This document shows, piece after piece, positions 29,721 through 39,858 of a stretch of DNA of 64,000 nucleotides. Each line of letters starts with the position of its first letter. The first letter of the stretch is position 1. The position numbers and the translations under genes were made by a program. A model generated the notes under the pieces. The model searched no databases, was not told the origin of the DNA, and was given only the letters and a program-made list of their open reading frames with translations. This DNA comes from Pseudomonadota bacterium (GTDB lineage Bacteria; Pseudomonadota; Alphaproteobacteria; Paracaedibacterales; CAIOTO01): assembly GCA_040387495.1 (NCBI GenBank), contig JAZKDQ010000007.1, positions 11,933-75,932 of the forward strand. The letters are read 5' to 3'.

Positions 29721-29736
29721 GATTAACAAATTGTTA
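29721..29736 (-). promoter_or_regulatory. TTAACAATTTGTTAAT box (TTAA-N7-TTAA), with 60 nt between the box and the 29660 start codon
   Basis: Read on the minus strand. It matches the boxes at 1434 and 2253 at 13 and 12 of 16 positions respectively. Confidence 0.35.
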
Positions 29737-29772
29737 AATTAAAGAAAAATGTATCCCAAAATATAAATATAA

Positions 29773-31059
29773 TCACAAGCATGCTAATAGATTCTTTTTC
29801 ACTACAGCAAAATCATTTTCGATTACTGTTGATAAAACTAGTTCATCGACAACGGCTGCAATCTCCTTTGGCAAAGAAATATCCATCTCTAATATTTTAT
29901 CAACACTTTGTTTAAATTTGGCAGGATGAGCCGTACATAGAAATACGCCTTTTTCGAATGGCTTAAGGGTATCTTTAAGCGCCTTATAAGCTATCGCACT
30001 ATGTGGATCAGCAATATAACTGAGGTCTTTAAGTTCACGCATAGCATGCTTCGTTTCCTCTTCGCTCACGGAAGCACTGCGCACAACATCATGCAAACTT
30101 TCTTTTTGCCTCATAAAGACCTCTTCAACCCTTGGCCAATTATTGGGCTGACTCACATCCATCGCATTTGAAAGCGTCACAATTGTATCATTCGGGGCCC
30201 ATTCGCCTGACTCTAAATAACGTGGCACTGTATCATTCGCATTTGTCGCTGCTATAAATGATTGAGCCGGCAGACCCATCTGACGCGCAAAAAGCCCCGC
30301 GGTTAAGTTACCAAAATTTCCACTTGGCACTGATATGGCGTGACATTCACTCCCCATTTGCGCAATGGCCTCAAAATAATAAAGTGATTGCGCTAAAACA
30401 CGGCTGATATTGATTGAATTTGCTGAATTCAAACGATATCGATTGGTTAAGTCTTTATCCACCAAACACTGTTTAACTAACGTTTGGCATGCATCAAAAT
30501 CGCCTTTCACAGCAAACGTATGGATATTCCCGCCCATTGTACAAAACATCTTTTCTTGTAAGTCCGATATGCGCTGATAGGGGTAAAGAATGGCTACTTC
30601 CACATTTGGCACGCCATAAAAAGCATGCGCAACAGCCGCCCCTGTATCGCCCGATGTCGCGGTGATGATACGAATTGGTTTTTGATTTACACTGTCTTTA
30701 TTAATTTCAGCCAGCATTTGTGCCATGAAACGCGCGCCAAAGTCTTTAAACGCTAAGGTCGGACCATGGTAAAGTTCAAGCGCAAAGATATTATTAGTAA
30801 CTTGCTTTAAATGGATTGGGAAATTAAAAGCACTCTTGATGCATCGTCCAATAACATCAGCCGCCATTTCATCACCTAGCATTGCATTGACGATATGCGC
30901 AGAGCGCGTCACAAAATCTTTATCAAGTAGTGCTTGTATATCATTAAACTGCGGCAAATTGGCTGGAAAATAAAGCCCTCCACCACTCCCCATCCCTTTG
31001 GTAATAGCCTCAGCAAATGTAACGTGTTCATTCGCATCTTTGATATTGTAAAACTGCAT
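29773..31059 (-). CDS. thrC: Threonine synthase
   Basis: 428 aa. PTLAFKDFGARF PLP-lysine motif, TSGDTGAA, and overall ThrC layout. Confidence 0.93.
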   Translation of the reverse strand: MQFYNIKDANEHVTFAEAITKGMGSGGGLYFPANLPQFNDIQALLDKDFVTRSAHIVNAMLGDEMAADVIGRCIKSAFNFPIHLKQVTNNIFALELYHGPTLAFKDFGARFMAQMLAEINKDSVNQKPIRIITATSGDTGAAVAHAFYGVPNVEVAILYPYQRISDLQEKMFCTMGGNIHTFAVKGDFDACQTLVKQCLVDKDLTNRYRLNSANSINISRVLAQSLYYFEAIAQMGSECHAISVPSGNFGNLTAGLFARQMGLPAQSFIAATNANDTVPRYLESGEWAPNDTIVTLSNAMDVSQPNNWPRVEEVFMRQKESLHDVVRSASVSEEETKHAMRELKDLSYIADPHSAIAYKALKDTLKPFEKGVFLCTAHPAKFKQSVDKILEMDISLPKEIAAVVDELVLSTVIENDFAVVKKNLLACL

Positions 31060-31260
31060 GATATTTTCTTATTGATAAGTAGTGCCTAGCAATTATGGTA
31101 AAGCGCATGAAGCAAGATTGTCTATACACAATTCTTTGCATCATATAAAAATGACACTTCGTACTGCTATCCATAAAATTAGACCCTTGAAATCATATCC
31201 TGGCATTCCCATATATAATATATGGATGCGTCATCTTTATTTTAAATAAAGGATAATGAC

Positions 31261-31674
31261 ATGATTGATATTACACGTGAGCAGTTTTTTGATTTTGTCG
31301 CATCAGAAAATGACAAAGATGGAATCATAAGCAACCCTAGCCAACATTACTTAGCTTACTTTGACAAGTATCAAGAAACAGGTGATCCGACAATTTGCAC
31401 GAATTATGCTGCCTTATTATTTGGTCCATTGTGGTTTTTTTATCGGAAGATGTATCTATATGGTGTAATATTTTTTGTTGCTGATGAAACCTTGGCTCAA
31501 ATATGTCAGTACATTTATAAAGCTATATATGGGCAGTTAAACAACGGATTATTTGAAGGCGGACGACTTGAATTAATCATAGGAGCACTCTTTATGCGTG
31601 CTCTTTTATATTATGCTAATTATATTTATCTTCGATCTGCTTGTAAGCAAATAGGAAAAAGGAAAATGGCATGA
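31261..31674 (+). CDS. DUF2628-like small membrane protein
   Basis: 137 aa. NYAALLFGPLWFFYRKMYLYG resembles the DUF2628 core as I remember it. Confidence 0.55.
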   Translation: MIDITREQFFDFVASENDKDGIISNPSQHYLAYFDKYQETGDPTICTNYAALLFGPLWFFYRKMYLYGVIFFVADETLAQICQYIYKAIYGQLNNGLFEGGRLELIIGALFMRALLYYANYIYLRSACKQIGKRKMA

Positions 31675-31835
31675 TTGCCGATATTATTTTGGGCTGCATT
31701 TGGGAATTTATTTGTTTTCTCTACAAAGCAATACGAAGCAAAAAAATTAATATCATCTGCGCAGCATTAATACTCATCTCTGTTCTTGCGATTATAGCTG
31801 CATTTTTTCTTAAATATTTCCATGAATATTATTAG
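31671..31835 (+). CDS. Small hypothetical two-TM membrane protein (54 aa), start overlapping the upstream stop (ATGA)
   Basis: My own translation: MIADIILGCIWEFICFLYKAIRSKKINIICAALILISVLAIIAAFFLKYFHEYY*. It is below the ORF-track length cut-off. Confidence 0.35.
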   Translation: MIADIILGCIWEFICFLYKAIRSKKINIICAALILISVLAIIAAFFLKYFHEYY

Positions 31836-31853
31836 TATATTATATAATTAATA

Positions 31854-32696
31854 TTAACCACGCACACTCTTCGGCATACAGAAATGACATTTCGTTTCGC
31901 CATCCATAAAATCAAATACGATTTGCGTTGCGCGATCCTGATTCGCCCCTGCAAGCGCTTCACGTTGCTTCATAACACGTGCATTAAACGGCGCATCATC
32001 ATCTTCATTAAATACATTTTTATAAATAGCCTGAACTTGCTGAATTACCGCATTGGAAAAACCATGACGTTTCATACCAACGATGTTTACACCATGTAGA
32101 TTCGCGCGTTCACCCATAACCATTGCATACGGCACTACATCTTTTTCAACACCAGACATACCGCCAATCATTGCATATGCCCCAATACGAACAAATTGCT
32201 TAATCGCTGATAAACCGCCAATAATAACGTGGTCTTCAATAATGACATGCCCTGCTAGGGTGGCATAATTTGCCATAATCACGTTATTTCCAACATGACA
32301 ATCATGCGCTACGTGTACGCCAACCATTAACAAGCAATCATTGCCCACAGTCGTTTTCATGCCGCCACTTGTTGTGCCAGGTTGAATCGTTACATATTCA
32401 CGAATCGTGGTGTTTTTGCCAATGGTAACAGTAGATGGCTCCCCACTATATTTCAGATCTTGTGGATTATGTCCAATAGATGCGAAAGGATAAACAAGTG
32501 AATGCGCACCAATATGTGTAATGCCATCTATACAAATGTGGGAAACAAGCCGCACACCTTCATCAAGCCGAACATTGGCACCAATGACACAATACGCGCC
32601 AATAACAACGTCTTTACCAATGATTGCACCATCTGTAATTAGCGCTGTGGGGTGGATCTGTGCAGAAGGGTGAATGGGGGCAATAAAATCTGTCAT
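31854..32696 (-). CDS. lpxA: Acyl-ACP--UDP-N-acetylglucosamine O-acyltransferase
   Basis: Hexapeptide repeats and an LpxA C-terminal helical domain. The track ORF extends to 32714, but the ATG at 32696 (MTDFIAPIHPSA) sits 1 nt after the fabZ stop. Confidence 0.92.
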   Translation of the reverse strand: MTDFIAPIHPSAQIHPTALITDGAIIGKDVVIGAYCVIGANVRLDEGVRLVSHICIDGITHIGAHSLVYPFASIGHNPQDLKYSGEPSTVTIGKNTTIREYVTIQPGTTSGGMKTTVGNDCLLMVGVHVAHDCHVGNNVIMANYATLAGHVIIEDHVIIGGLSAIKQFVRIGAYAMIGGMSGVEKDVVPYAMVMGERANLHGVNIVGMKRHGFSNAVIQQVQAIYKNVFNEDDDAPFNARVMKQREALAGANQDRATQIVFDFMDGETKCHFCMPKSVRG

Positions 32697-32697
32697 A

Positions 32698-33237
32698 TTA
32701 CTTCTTATCAACAATCATGGCCATAAAGCTTGCTTCACTTGCAAGTGTATCACCAACAAAGGCTTGCCCCTTAAAACGCCAAATATTGCCGCGTGCGCGA
32801 TCTTTTGTAACTTTGAGACGTAATACATCACCAGGCACAACAGGCTTTCTGAATTTAGCTTCCTCAACAGACATGAAATAAACCATTATGTTGGCTCCGT
32901 CTGCTTGTTCAGCATTTTTACCGTTTTGTACTTGCATCGTTTTAACAACAAGCGCACCAGCTGTTTGCGCCATGGCTTCAATAATCAAAACGCCTGGCAT
33001 AATGGGATGCTCTGGAAAATGTCCTTGAAAGAACCACTCGTTCATCGAAACATTTTTAATACCGACAGCACTGTGTCCAAGGTGTAAGTCTACCATGCGA
33101 TCAACAAGTAAAAATGGATAACGATGTGGGATCAATTTCATGATCTCTTCAACACCAATTTCATCTATTATTTTTGTCGAAAAATCAGGCGTTATAATTT
33201 CAGCAGTTGTTTTTTCAGCAAGCGCATTATTTTGCAT
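32698..33237 (-). CDS. fabZ: 3-hydroxyacyl-ACP dehydratase FabZ
   Basis: 179 aa. [34 protein letters not shown]. Confidence 0.95.
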   Translation of the reverse strand: MQNNALAEKTTAEIITPDFSTKIIDEIGVEEIMKLIPHRYPFLLVDRMVDLHLGHSAVGIKNVSMNEWFFQGHFPEHPIMPGVLIIEAMAQTAGALVVKTMQVQNGKNAEQADGANIMVYFMSVEEAKFRKPVVPGDVLRLKVTKDRARGNIWRFKGQAFVGDTLASEASFMAMIVDKK

Positions 33238-34255
33238 GTTTCTTTTCTCGAATTAAACGTTGAAGTGCGATGGTTTGCTTATGCCAATCACGCACAGGAA
33301 CAGCTGGTGAACCAGCTACAGTATCTCCATCAGTTACATCGCGCATTAAACCACTTTGTGCTGCAATTTTAACACCGTTTCCAATATTAAGATGCCCGGC
33401 AATACCAGCTTGCCCAGCGACAATCACAAAGCGCCCTAAATGAGAACTACCGGCAATGCCGGCTTGCGCAACAATTACTGACTGATCACCAATATAGACG
33501 TTATGCGCTATTTGTACAAGATTATCGATACGTACACCATTTCCAATGATCGTATTATCAAGACTTCCACGATCAATACAGGCATTTGCACCAATTTGAA
33601 CATCATTTCCAATAATCACAATGCCAAGCTGCGGCACGTCAAAATGGCCTGCTTCATCCATATGAAAACCAAAACCTTGTTGTCCAATGTGCGTGCCTGG
33701 CTTAATCATAACGCGATCACCAATAATAGAATGGCTAATGGTAACATGTGATGCAATGTGGCCATTTTTGCCAATTTTAACATTATCATTAATAACTGTA
33801 TGGCTTTCAATTGTTAAGCTATCACCCAATTCAACATTTTCACCAATCACAACATAAGCACCAATTGAGCATCCTTTACCAAGAATAGCTGTGGATGCGA
33901 CAACTGCTGTTGGGTGAATAAATGGCTTGGCAACAGGTGTGGGATGTAAATACTGGGCTATCAACGCATAAGCACGTTGCGGTTTTGGGTGCACCAATAT
34001 AATTACACCTTTGGCAACATGTGCCGCCGATGTCTCATTCGTGATGCATAAACCAACACGCGTTGTCGAAGCTTCTGCACGATATTTTGTATTATGATAT
34101 AAGGCAATCGATGAGGAACCACCATCTTTCAACGTTGAGACGTTTGTAAACAAACGCTCCTTATCGGCACCTATTGGCAGTGAAACAGACAAAAGTTCAT
34201 AAATTTTTGCTAATGAAATAGCATCATGCTGTTTATGAAAACGGGAATCTGTCAT
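33227..34255 (-). CDS. lpxD: UDP-3-O-acylglucosamine N-acyltransferase
   Basis: 342 aa. LpxD N-terminal domain plus a long hexapeptide-repeat left-handed beta-helix, positioned between skp and fabZ. Confidence 0.93.
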   Translation of the reverse strand: MTDSRFHKQHDAISLAKIYELLSVSLPIGADKERLFTNVSTLKDGGSSSIALYHNTKYRAEASTTRVGLCITNETSAAHVAKGVIILVHPKPQRAYALIAQYLHPTPVAKPFIHPTAVVASTAILGKGCSIGAYVVIGENVELGDSLTIESHTVINDNVKIGKNGHIASHVTISHSIIGDRVMIKPGTHIGQQGFGFHMDEAGHFDVPQLGIVIIGNDVQIGANACIDRGSLDNTIIGNGVRIDNLVQIAHNVYIGDQSVIVAQAGIAGSSHLGRFVIVAGQAGIAGHLNIGNGVKIAAQSGLMRDVTDGDTVAGSPAVPVRDWHKQTIALQRLIREKKHAK

Positions 34256-34263
34256 TACAACCT

Positions 34264-34845
34264 CTATTCTGTAATATTAGGCAGTTTTATATTTTTAAGG
34301 TGACTATCAAGTTTGGCAATAACTTCGTCAGTTAAATCCATTCGTTTTTCAACAAAAAATACAGAACGCTTATCATCAATTGTTTTGTTAAGCACAATGC
34401 TTATATTTTTTTTAGCTGAAATTTCATTAATAATTGAAAAAACCATTTCCTGAATTATCTCTGACAAAGAATCTCTTTGCTTTTCCAAAAGAGATCTCTT
34501 TTTCTGCATCTTTTGTTCAAGTTCAGCAACACGCACTTCAAATGCATCATTTCGCTTTTTAGCGTTTTCAGGGTTTTTCTTTGCCTCTAATCGAATTTCT
34601 TCTTGTTCTTTTAAAAGCGTTGTCTCAATGGGTAAAATTTCCTCATGTGCTTTTGATTGCTCTGCGATAAGAATATCATGCACTGCTTGAAAAGATTTAG
34701 ATTCTTTTTTAAGACGATCACCATCAACAACAGCAATCGTTAATGTGCCCGAGGGTATCAAAAAGCGATTTACCCCCAGGCTAAATCCCAAAAGCCCTAC
34801 ACATATGACACACGTGGCAGCAATGATTAGGTTCTTTTGGGTCAT
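34264..34845 (-). CDS. skp: OmpH/Skp-family periplasmic chaperone
   Basis: 193 aa. Signal/anchor followed by a Lys/Glu-rich coiled coil, in the canonical position between bamA and lpxD. Confidence 0.8.
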   Translation of the reverse strand: MTQKNLIIAATCVICVGLLGFSLGVNRFLIPSGTLTIAVVDGDRLKKESKSFQAVHDILIAEQSKAHEEILPIETTLLKEQEEIRLEAKKNPENAKKRNDAFEVRVAELEQKMQKKRSLLEKQRDSLSEIIQEMVFSIINEISAKKNISIVLNKTIDDKRSVFFVEKRMDLTDEVIAKLDSHLKNIKLPNITE

Positions 34846-34856
34846 TAAAATTATCC

Positions 34857-37106
34857 TTATATGCGGGTTGAAAAGCCAAACAAGATCGTTTGCGTGCTAT
34901 CATATTTTTGCTTCTTCACAGCACGTGAATAATCAATACTGATTGGTCCAAACGGTGAATCCCATGAAATACCACAACCAATAGAGGCGCGCATTTTATT
35001 TTCATCAAGAACGGTTGTATCTGGAAGTTTCTCACCGACGCGCCATAAAGAACCGACATCTGAGAAAACCGCACCTTTTATTCCAAACTCACTTGGCAGG
35101 CCAAGCGGAAATACAAGTTCGTTCGTTTGTGTCCAGAAACGTGTACCGCCAAGTGGGTCTTTTGTAAGCGCATCACGCGGCCCAATACCGCCGAACTCAA
35201 ACCCGCGGAATGATTGTCCACCAAGTGAGAATTTATCAACGGTACGAATTTTTTTCCCAACACGCTCCATATCACCTACTTCACCACGGATATTCAAAAT
35301 AACCTCATCCGCGACAGGGTAGTACCATCCCGCATTAAAGACATTCTTTAAATATTCTACACTACCGCCAATACCTGCATATGTGTTTGACATACCGATA
35401 ATATAACCTGATGTTGTATTACGTCCAGCATCACGACGATCATAAGAAATCGAATGTGTTAATGCTGATGTAATTGTAGTGCCAACTTGCTCATCAATAT
35501 ATTTAGACACGAAGCTTTTAGATCTTCCAATCTTCTCTTGCATAACAAGATAGCTAAAGCCTTGTGACCAGTATTCGCTCAAACGGTAACCTATACCAGT
35601 TTTAATACCTGTTGCTTGTTGTGAATACGCATCAAAACGAGTGGACTTCGAACTAAAGACGCTTGCACTTCCTGTCATATTACGACCCAAGAAATATGGT
35701 TCAATAATACCAACGTCAAAGTCTTGGCGTTTTTTAGCAATAGATAAATCTGAATGCAAAACGCGGCCAGTTCCCATAAAGTTACGCTCAACTAAACGAA
35801 TCGATGCCAATGGACCATCCAATGTAGAGTAACCACCTGCAAGCCCGATTTCACCTGTTGATTGTTCTTCAACCTTGACAACAATACGTGCCTGATCTGT
35901 TCCTGCGCCTGGCTCAGTATCGACTGTTACTGTTTTAAAATAACCTAAGTCTTTCAGACGACGTTCTGAGTTTTTAAGTTTTTGTGAGTTAAATGCGTCA
36001 CCTTCATGAAGCTCCATCTCGCGACGCAACACATGATCACGTGTACGGTCATTACCCGCAAACACGATTTTCTCGATATAGACGCGCGGTCCTTCTTTAA
36101 CTTCAAACGTAATATCTGCTTTTTTAGTTTCAGGGTTTTTCTTAACAATTGGCTCGATTGCAACGAACGCATACCCTTGCACACCAACAGCATTTGACAT
36201 GAGCGTAATTGATTTTTCAATTTGCTTGCCGCTGAATGTATCGCCTTCTGCAAACGTAAGAATTTCCATAAGATCGCTTGTTTTTACATTTGGCAATTTT
36301 GATGTGATTTCAGTTTTTCCAAAATCATATTTTTCGCCTTCTTCTACGTGAAATGTAAAGAAGAAGTCTTTTTGATCGGGGCTTAATTCAGCATGTGCTG
36401 TTATAATACGGAAGTCAGGGTAGCCATTATCATAATAGAATTTACGAAGCGCCTGTTGGTCAGCCATAAAACGATCTGGGTCATACACATCATCTACTGC
36501 AAAGAAGCGATACCAGCGGGCACGCTTTGAATTCAGCTGCTCTTCAAGTTTTTTGGATGGGATATGTTTATTACCAATAAACGTAATTTTACGAACGTAG
36601 GTTACAGGGCCTTCATCAATTTCAAAAATAAGATCAACACGATTTTCTGGCAGTTTAATGATTTTTGGTTCAACACGCGCACCAAAGCGTCCCATACGAC
36701 GATAAATTTCTAAAACACGTTGTTGCGCTTCTTGAATACGCGCGCGCGATAGAACTTCACGAGGACGGAATTTAATTTCCTGCTGAATCACATCATCTTT
36801 TAATTTGCTATTACCTTCATAAGCAATTCGATTGATGATAGGATTTTCTTCCACTTTAATAATCATCGTATCATTTTCATTTGATACGTGAACATCTGTA
36901 AAATACCCTGTGGCATGGAGTGCCTTTAATGATTCATCAAGTTTTTCTGGCCCAAATTCTTCGCCCACTTTGATCGGAACATATGAATGAATGGTTTCCG
37001 ATTCAATACGTTGGTTTCCTTCAATACGTATGACTTTAAGTGGGGCAGCGATTGTTGAAGAAATGAGGGCTGCAAAAAATAAGGTTGCTAGTGCTGTTCT
37101 TTTCAT
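34857..37106 (-). CDS. bamA: Outer membrane protein assembly factor BamA
   Basis: 749 aa. Signal peptide, five POTRA-like repeats (I..I.IEGN.R...), Omp85 C-terminal barrel ending GFSTRI. Confidence 0.95.
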   Translation of the reverse strand: MKRTALATLFFAALISSTIAAPLKVIRIEGNQRIESETIHSYVPIKVGEEFGPEKLDESLKALHATGYFTDVHVSNENDTMIIKVEENPIINRIAYEGNSKLKDDVIQQEIKFRPREVLSRARIQEAQQRVLEIYRRMGRFGARVEPKIIKLPENRVDLIFEIDEGPVTYVRKITFIGNKHIPSKKLEEQLNSKRARWYRFFAVDDVYDPDRFMADQQALRKFYYDNGYPDFRIITAHAELSPDQKDFFFTFHVEEGEKYDFGKTEITSKLPNVKTSDLMEILTFAEGDTFSGKQIEKSITLMSNAVGVQGYAFVAIEPIVKKNPETKKADITFEVKEGPRVYIEKIVFAGNDRTRDHVLRREMELHEGDAFNSQKLKNSERRLKDLGYFKTVTVDTEPGAGTDQARIVVKVEEQSTGEIGLAGGYSTLDGPLASIRLVERNFMGTGRVLHSDLSIAKKRQDFDVGIIEPYFLGRNMTGSASVFSSKSTRFDAYSQQATGIKTGIGYRLSEYWSQGFSYLVMQEKIGRSKSFVSKYIDEQVGTTITSALTHSISYDRRDAGRNTTSGYIIGMSNTYAGIGGSVEYLKNVFNAGWYYPVADEVILNIRGEVGDMERVGKKIRTVDKFSLGGQSFRGFEFGGIGPRDALTKDPLGGTRFWTQTNELVFPLGLPSEFGIKGAVFSDVGSLWRVGEKLPDTTVLDENKMRASIGCGISWDSPFGPISIDYSRAVKKQKYDSTQTILFGFSTRI

Positions 37107-37284
37107 AAAAATAAATCTAATAAATGGATATACTGCTTTGTTTATACAAAGGGTTTGCGTCTATGGCTAGTCATAAAATGAATTTAGGTGAAGAATTCTT
37201 ACATATCACTGTTTGTAGCAGCAGGGTAACAAAGATAAAATATCGGCAAAATATACTATGCAAGGCATTCTTCTCACCGATTAA

Positions 37285-37569
37285 TACGTACACATCATAC
37301 GTCAAGCTTTCAAGGAATGCTTTGCGCAAGAAGATCATTTGTGGCTTTTTGGTTCACGTGTTGATCTTTCTAAAAAAGGTGGGGATATTGATTTATACAT
37401 TGAAAAAATGCTTAACGATGTGACGCACATCACTGACACTAAATTTTTTTTCTTAGCAAAATTAGAAAAATAATTGGGTGAGCAAAGAATTGATGTCGTT
37501 ATAAAATATGATGACAAAACTCAGCTGATATACGATATCGCGCGAAAAGAAGGAGTCCAGCTAATATAA
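37285..37569 (+). pseudogene. Degraded minimal nucleotidyltransferase (MNT-type, HEPN/MNT toxin-antitoxin family): no start codon and an in-frame TAA
   Basis: My own translation: YVHIIRQAFKECFAQEDHLWLFGSRVDLSKKGGDIDLYIEKMLNDVTHITDTKFFFLAKLEK*LGEQRIDVVIKYDDKTQLIYDIARKEGVQLI*. Shows the G-S-x(9-10)-D-x-D nucleotidyltransferase motif and an LG..IDVV tail. Confidence 0.6.
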
Positions 37570-37608
37570 ATGATCCTTTAAAACATGATTAATACCTTCA
37601 AACTTTTC

Positions 37609-39087
37609 TCAATTCTTAATGCCTAAAAGTTTTTTTGAAAAATTCATGATGCGCATTTCTAATTCACGAAGTTTACTGACCTGTGCAACCTCTTCTTCAG
37701 GTGTTTTAGCAAGCTTGTTATTGGTTGCATTTCTCTCTGTAATGATTTTTGACAGAATTTGCGGAAATTTATCATTGCCTGCAAACAGTGGTGCCAAAGC
37801 ATCAGCTTCAATTTCATACAGGATCACTTGTGATTCAGCCTTAACTGTTGCGGATCGCTTATCACCTGTCAATAGTGACATTTCTCCAAAAAAATCTTCT
37901 GGTATCAAAACGGCAACCTGCTGCTGAGCGCCAGCATCATTCGTGATGAATACTTTTAAGCAACCATCTCTAACGATAAAGAGCGAACGTCCGTCATCAC
38001 CTTGCCGACAAATAGAATCACCCTTATTAAAGTTGCGCTCTGTAGTGGCTGCTGCAATATCATTAACTTGCCCTTCAGTTAATGTCTCAAATAAATCAAT
38101 TTTTGAAATGTAGCTAGCTATTTCATGGCCTGGCACAAGAACCGGAAGCTTCGTCTGCACAAGAAAGTTACGCTGATCTGTATTTGACAACGTTATTCCA
38201 GCAGCCCTTAGAAAGCGAAAGACGCGTGAATGAATCAAGTGGCGCGCTTTGCCAGGCCCACATTTTACAGGATCAACAAAATACTTTACTTTATACAATA
38301 CGCCATCAATGGTTGGTTTATTGATACGACATTTATAATCCCTAATAATCCCAGTACATCCAACCGCATCTAATCCATGTGTAATTGCTTTAATGACACT
38401 ATTCTCATTAAAATCAAATGGGATGCAATAAAACAACTCAAATTCAGATTCGGACGCCGGGCGACTAAGATTCGTCACTATGTATTGTCCAAAAACACTA
38501 TTCGGAATTTGGTGGGTAACATTTTCTCCGGTTTGTACACTGACAGCACGCCAGCTCATTTGAACAATTTCACCATAAATATCTGTGCCACCATTTTTCA
38601 GTGCAATCCATTCACCAATTCGAAATGACTTGTCCATATCAATGGAAATACCTACAAAAAGATCTGAAAATATTTTTTGTAATCCAAAACCAAGAACGAC
38701 ACCGAATGCACCAGTTGCGGCTAACGCACTGTTTACATTAAGATCGAAAATAATGCGACAAGCAAGAAATATAATTACCAAATAAATACTAAAATTGATT
38801 ATTCCAATCAACAAAGAAGATAGTCTGATGTTTTTTCTTTTAGGAAGGTAATAATCCCAAACACAGTTTTTAACAATTTTTATAAGTTGAGCAGTCGTAA
38901 ATAGACATACATATAACATTAATAAATGCGCAGGAAATATTTTTTTATCACCATAAGTGATAATAGGCACATAAAATTTTTCATACCAAAAATGCAAAAG
39001 TATTTGTGCTGCAATAAATACAAAAACAATCTTGAATAATGCAAGTGCTATATTACGCATGTTCATTTTATAAATATTACTTGCCAT
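37609..39087 (-). CDS. MscS-family mechanosensitive channel fused to a C-terminal cyclic-nucleotide-binding domain
   Basis: 492 aa. TM helices, MscS core GFGLQKIFSDLFVGISI...FRIGEWI, and a CNB domain ending FGEMSLLTGDKRSATVKA. Confidence 0.8.
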   Translation of the reverse strand: MASNIYKMNMRNIALALFKIVFVFIAAQILLHFWYEKFYVPIITYGDKKIFPAHLLMLYVCLFTTAQLIKIVKNCVWDYYLPKRKNIRLSSLLIGIINFSIYLVIIFLACRIIFDLNVNSALAATGAFGVVLGFGLQKIFSDLFVGISIDMDKSFRIGEWIALKNGGTDIYGEIVQMSWRAVSVQTGENVTHQIPNSVFGQYIVTNLSRPASESEFELFYCIPFDFNENSVIKAITHGLDAVGCTGIIRDYKCRINKPTIDGVLYKVKYFVDPVKCGPGKARHLIHSRVFRFLRAAGITLSNTDQRNFLVQTKLPVLVPGHEIASYISKIDLFETLTEGQVNDIAAATTERNFNKGDSICRQGDDGRSLFIVRDGCLKVFITNDAGAQQQVAVLIPEDFFGEMSLLTGDKRSATVKAESQVILYEIEADALAPLFAGNDKFPQILSKIITERNATNNKLAKTPEEEVAQVSKLRELEMRIMNFSKKLLGIKN

Positions 39088-39238
39088 TTAACACCGCATT
39101 TTAAATATATTTGTCTGTGATTTTTCTTTAATCACTACTTTTTTATATCATGCCAACAATAAATAAATGGTTAATTTTGAACAAAATGTGCGAGTCAATT
39201 TTTAAAATTAAACCGTATAAAACTGCGCGTGCAATTGC

Positions 39239-39817
39239 TTAAAAAAGGATGTGTTTATTAAAAAGATAAGCCATTTCGATGTAGGCTCTGCCACCAATTT
39301 TCTCAATTTTCTCTTGCGTTGCCACCCCTCCTAATTTTTCATAGAAACCTCGTGCTAATGTATTATCGGCTAGAACCCAAACAATAAATGGCAAAAGATC
39401 ATTTCGCATAAGCTGTTCTTACGCCTTTTGCATAAGCAACGTGCCAATTCCTAGCTCTTTAAAGGCACTATCCACATAAATAGCATAGATTTCACCCTTA
39501 TATCCCGAGGTTCTACTTGCACCTGCATCACAAAACCCAACGCTTTTTAAACACTTTGCAACAAGATGAATGCTATTTGGTATTGAGTTGTCCAGCATCT
39601 TACGTCGCCTTGTTAAAAAATCATTATAACGAAGCGCATCAAGATAGCTTTGATCAATGATCCCTTTATAGCTTTCTTGCCATGCAGTATGGTGAATAAG
39701 CGCAATATCTTCGGCATCAGTAGGTGTTGCTTGCGTAATTAAGATAGCGTGAATACTGCGCTTGTTAATCATAATTTTTGCAGGATTCTCCTTCAACTTA
39801 TCGATAAACCGACGCAT
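39239..39817 (-). pseudogene. GNAT acetyltransferase interrupted by an in-frame TAA (39419-39421)
   Basis: The track ORF 39419..39817 ends ...YVDSAFKELGIGTLLMQKA*. The same frame continues EQLMRNDLLPFIVWVLADNTLARGFYEKLGGVATQEKIEKIGGRAYIEMAYLF..., so GNAT motif A and motif B are split by the stop. Confidence 0.65.
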
Positions 39818-39858
39818 GTGTGGGTCAGCATTGCCACATGGAGTCTCGTCGTATGCCC

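Noticed and set aside
37124-37423. Plus-strand 99-aa ORF downstream of bamA
   Set aside because: The neighbouring frame carries a recognisable, though degraded, nucleotidyltransferase motif, whereas this frame has no recognisable features. I prefer the pseudogene interpretation.
25843-39817. Possibility that the three in-frame stops (TGA at 26518, TAA at ~37474, TAA at 39419) reflect stop-codon reassignment
   Set aside because: TAA terminates nearly every well-supported gene here (tsaD, gatC/A/B, hemC and others). TGA terminates the hydratase gene in a classic ATGA overlap with rdgB. Reassignment is therefore not tenable; pseudogenisation or local readthrough is the simpler explanation.
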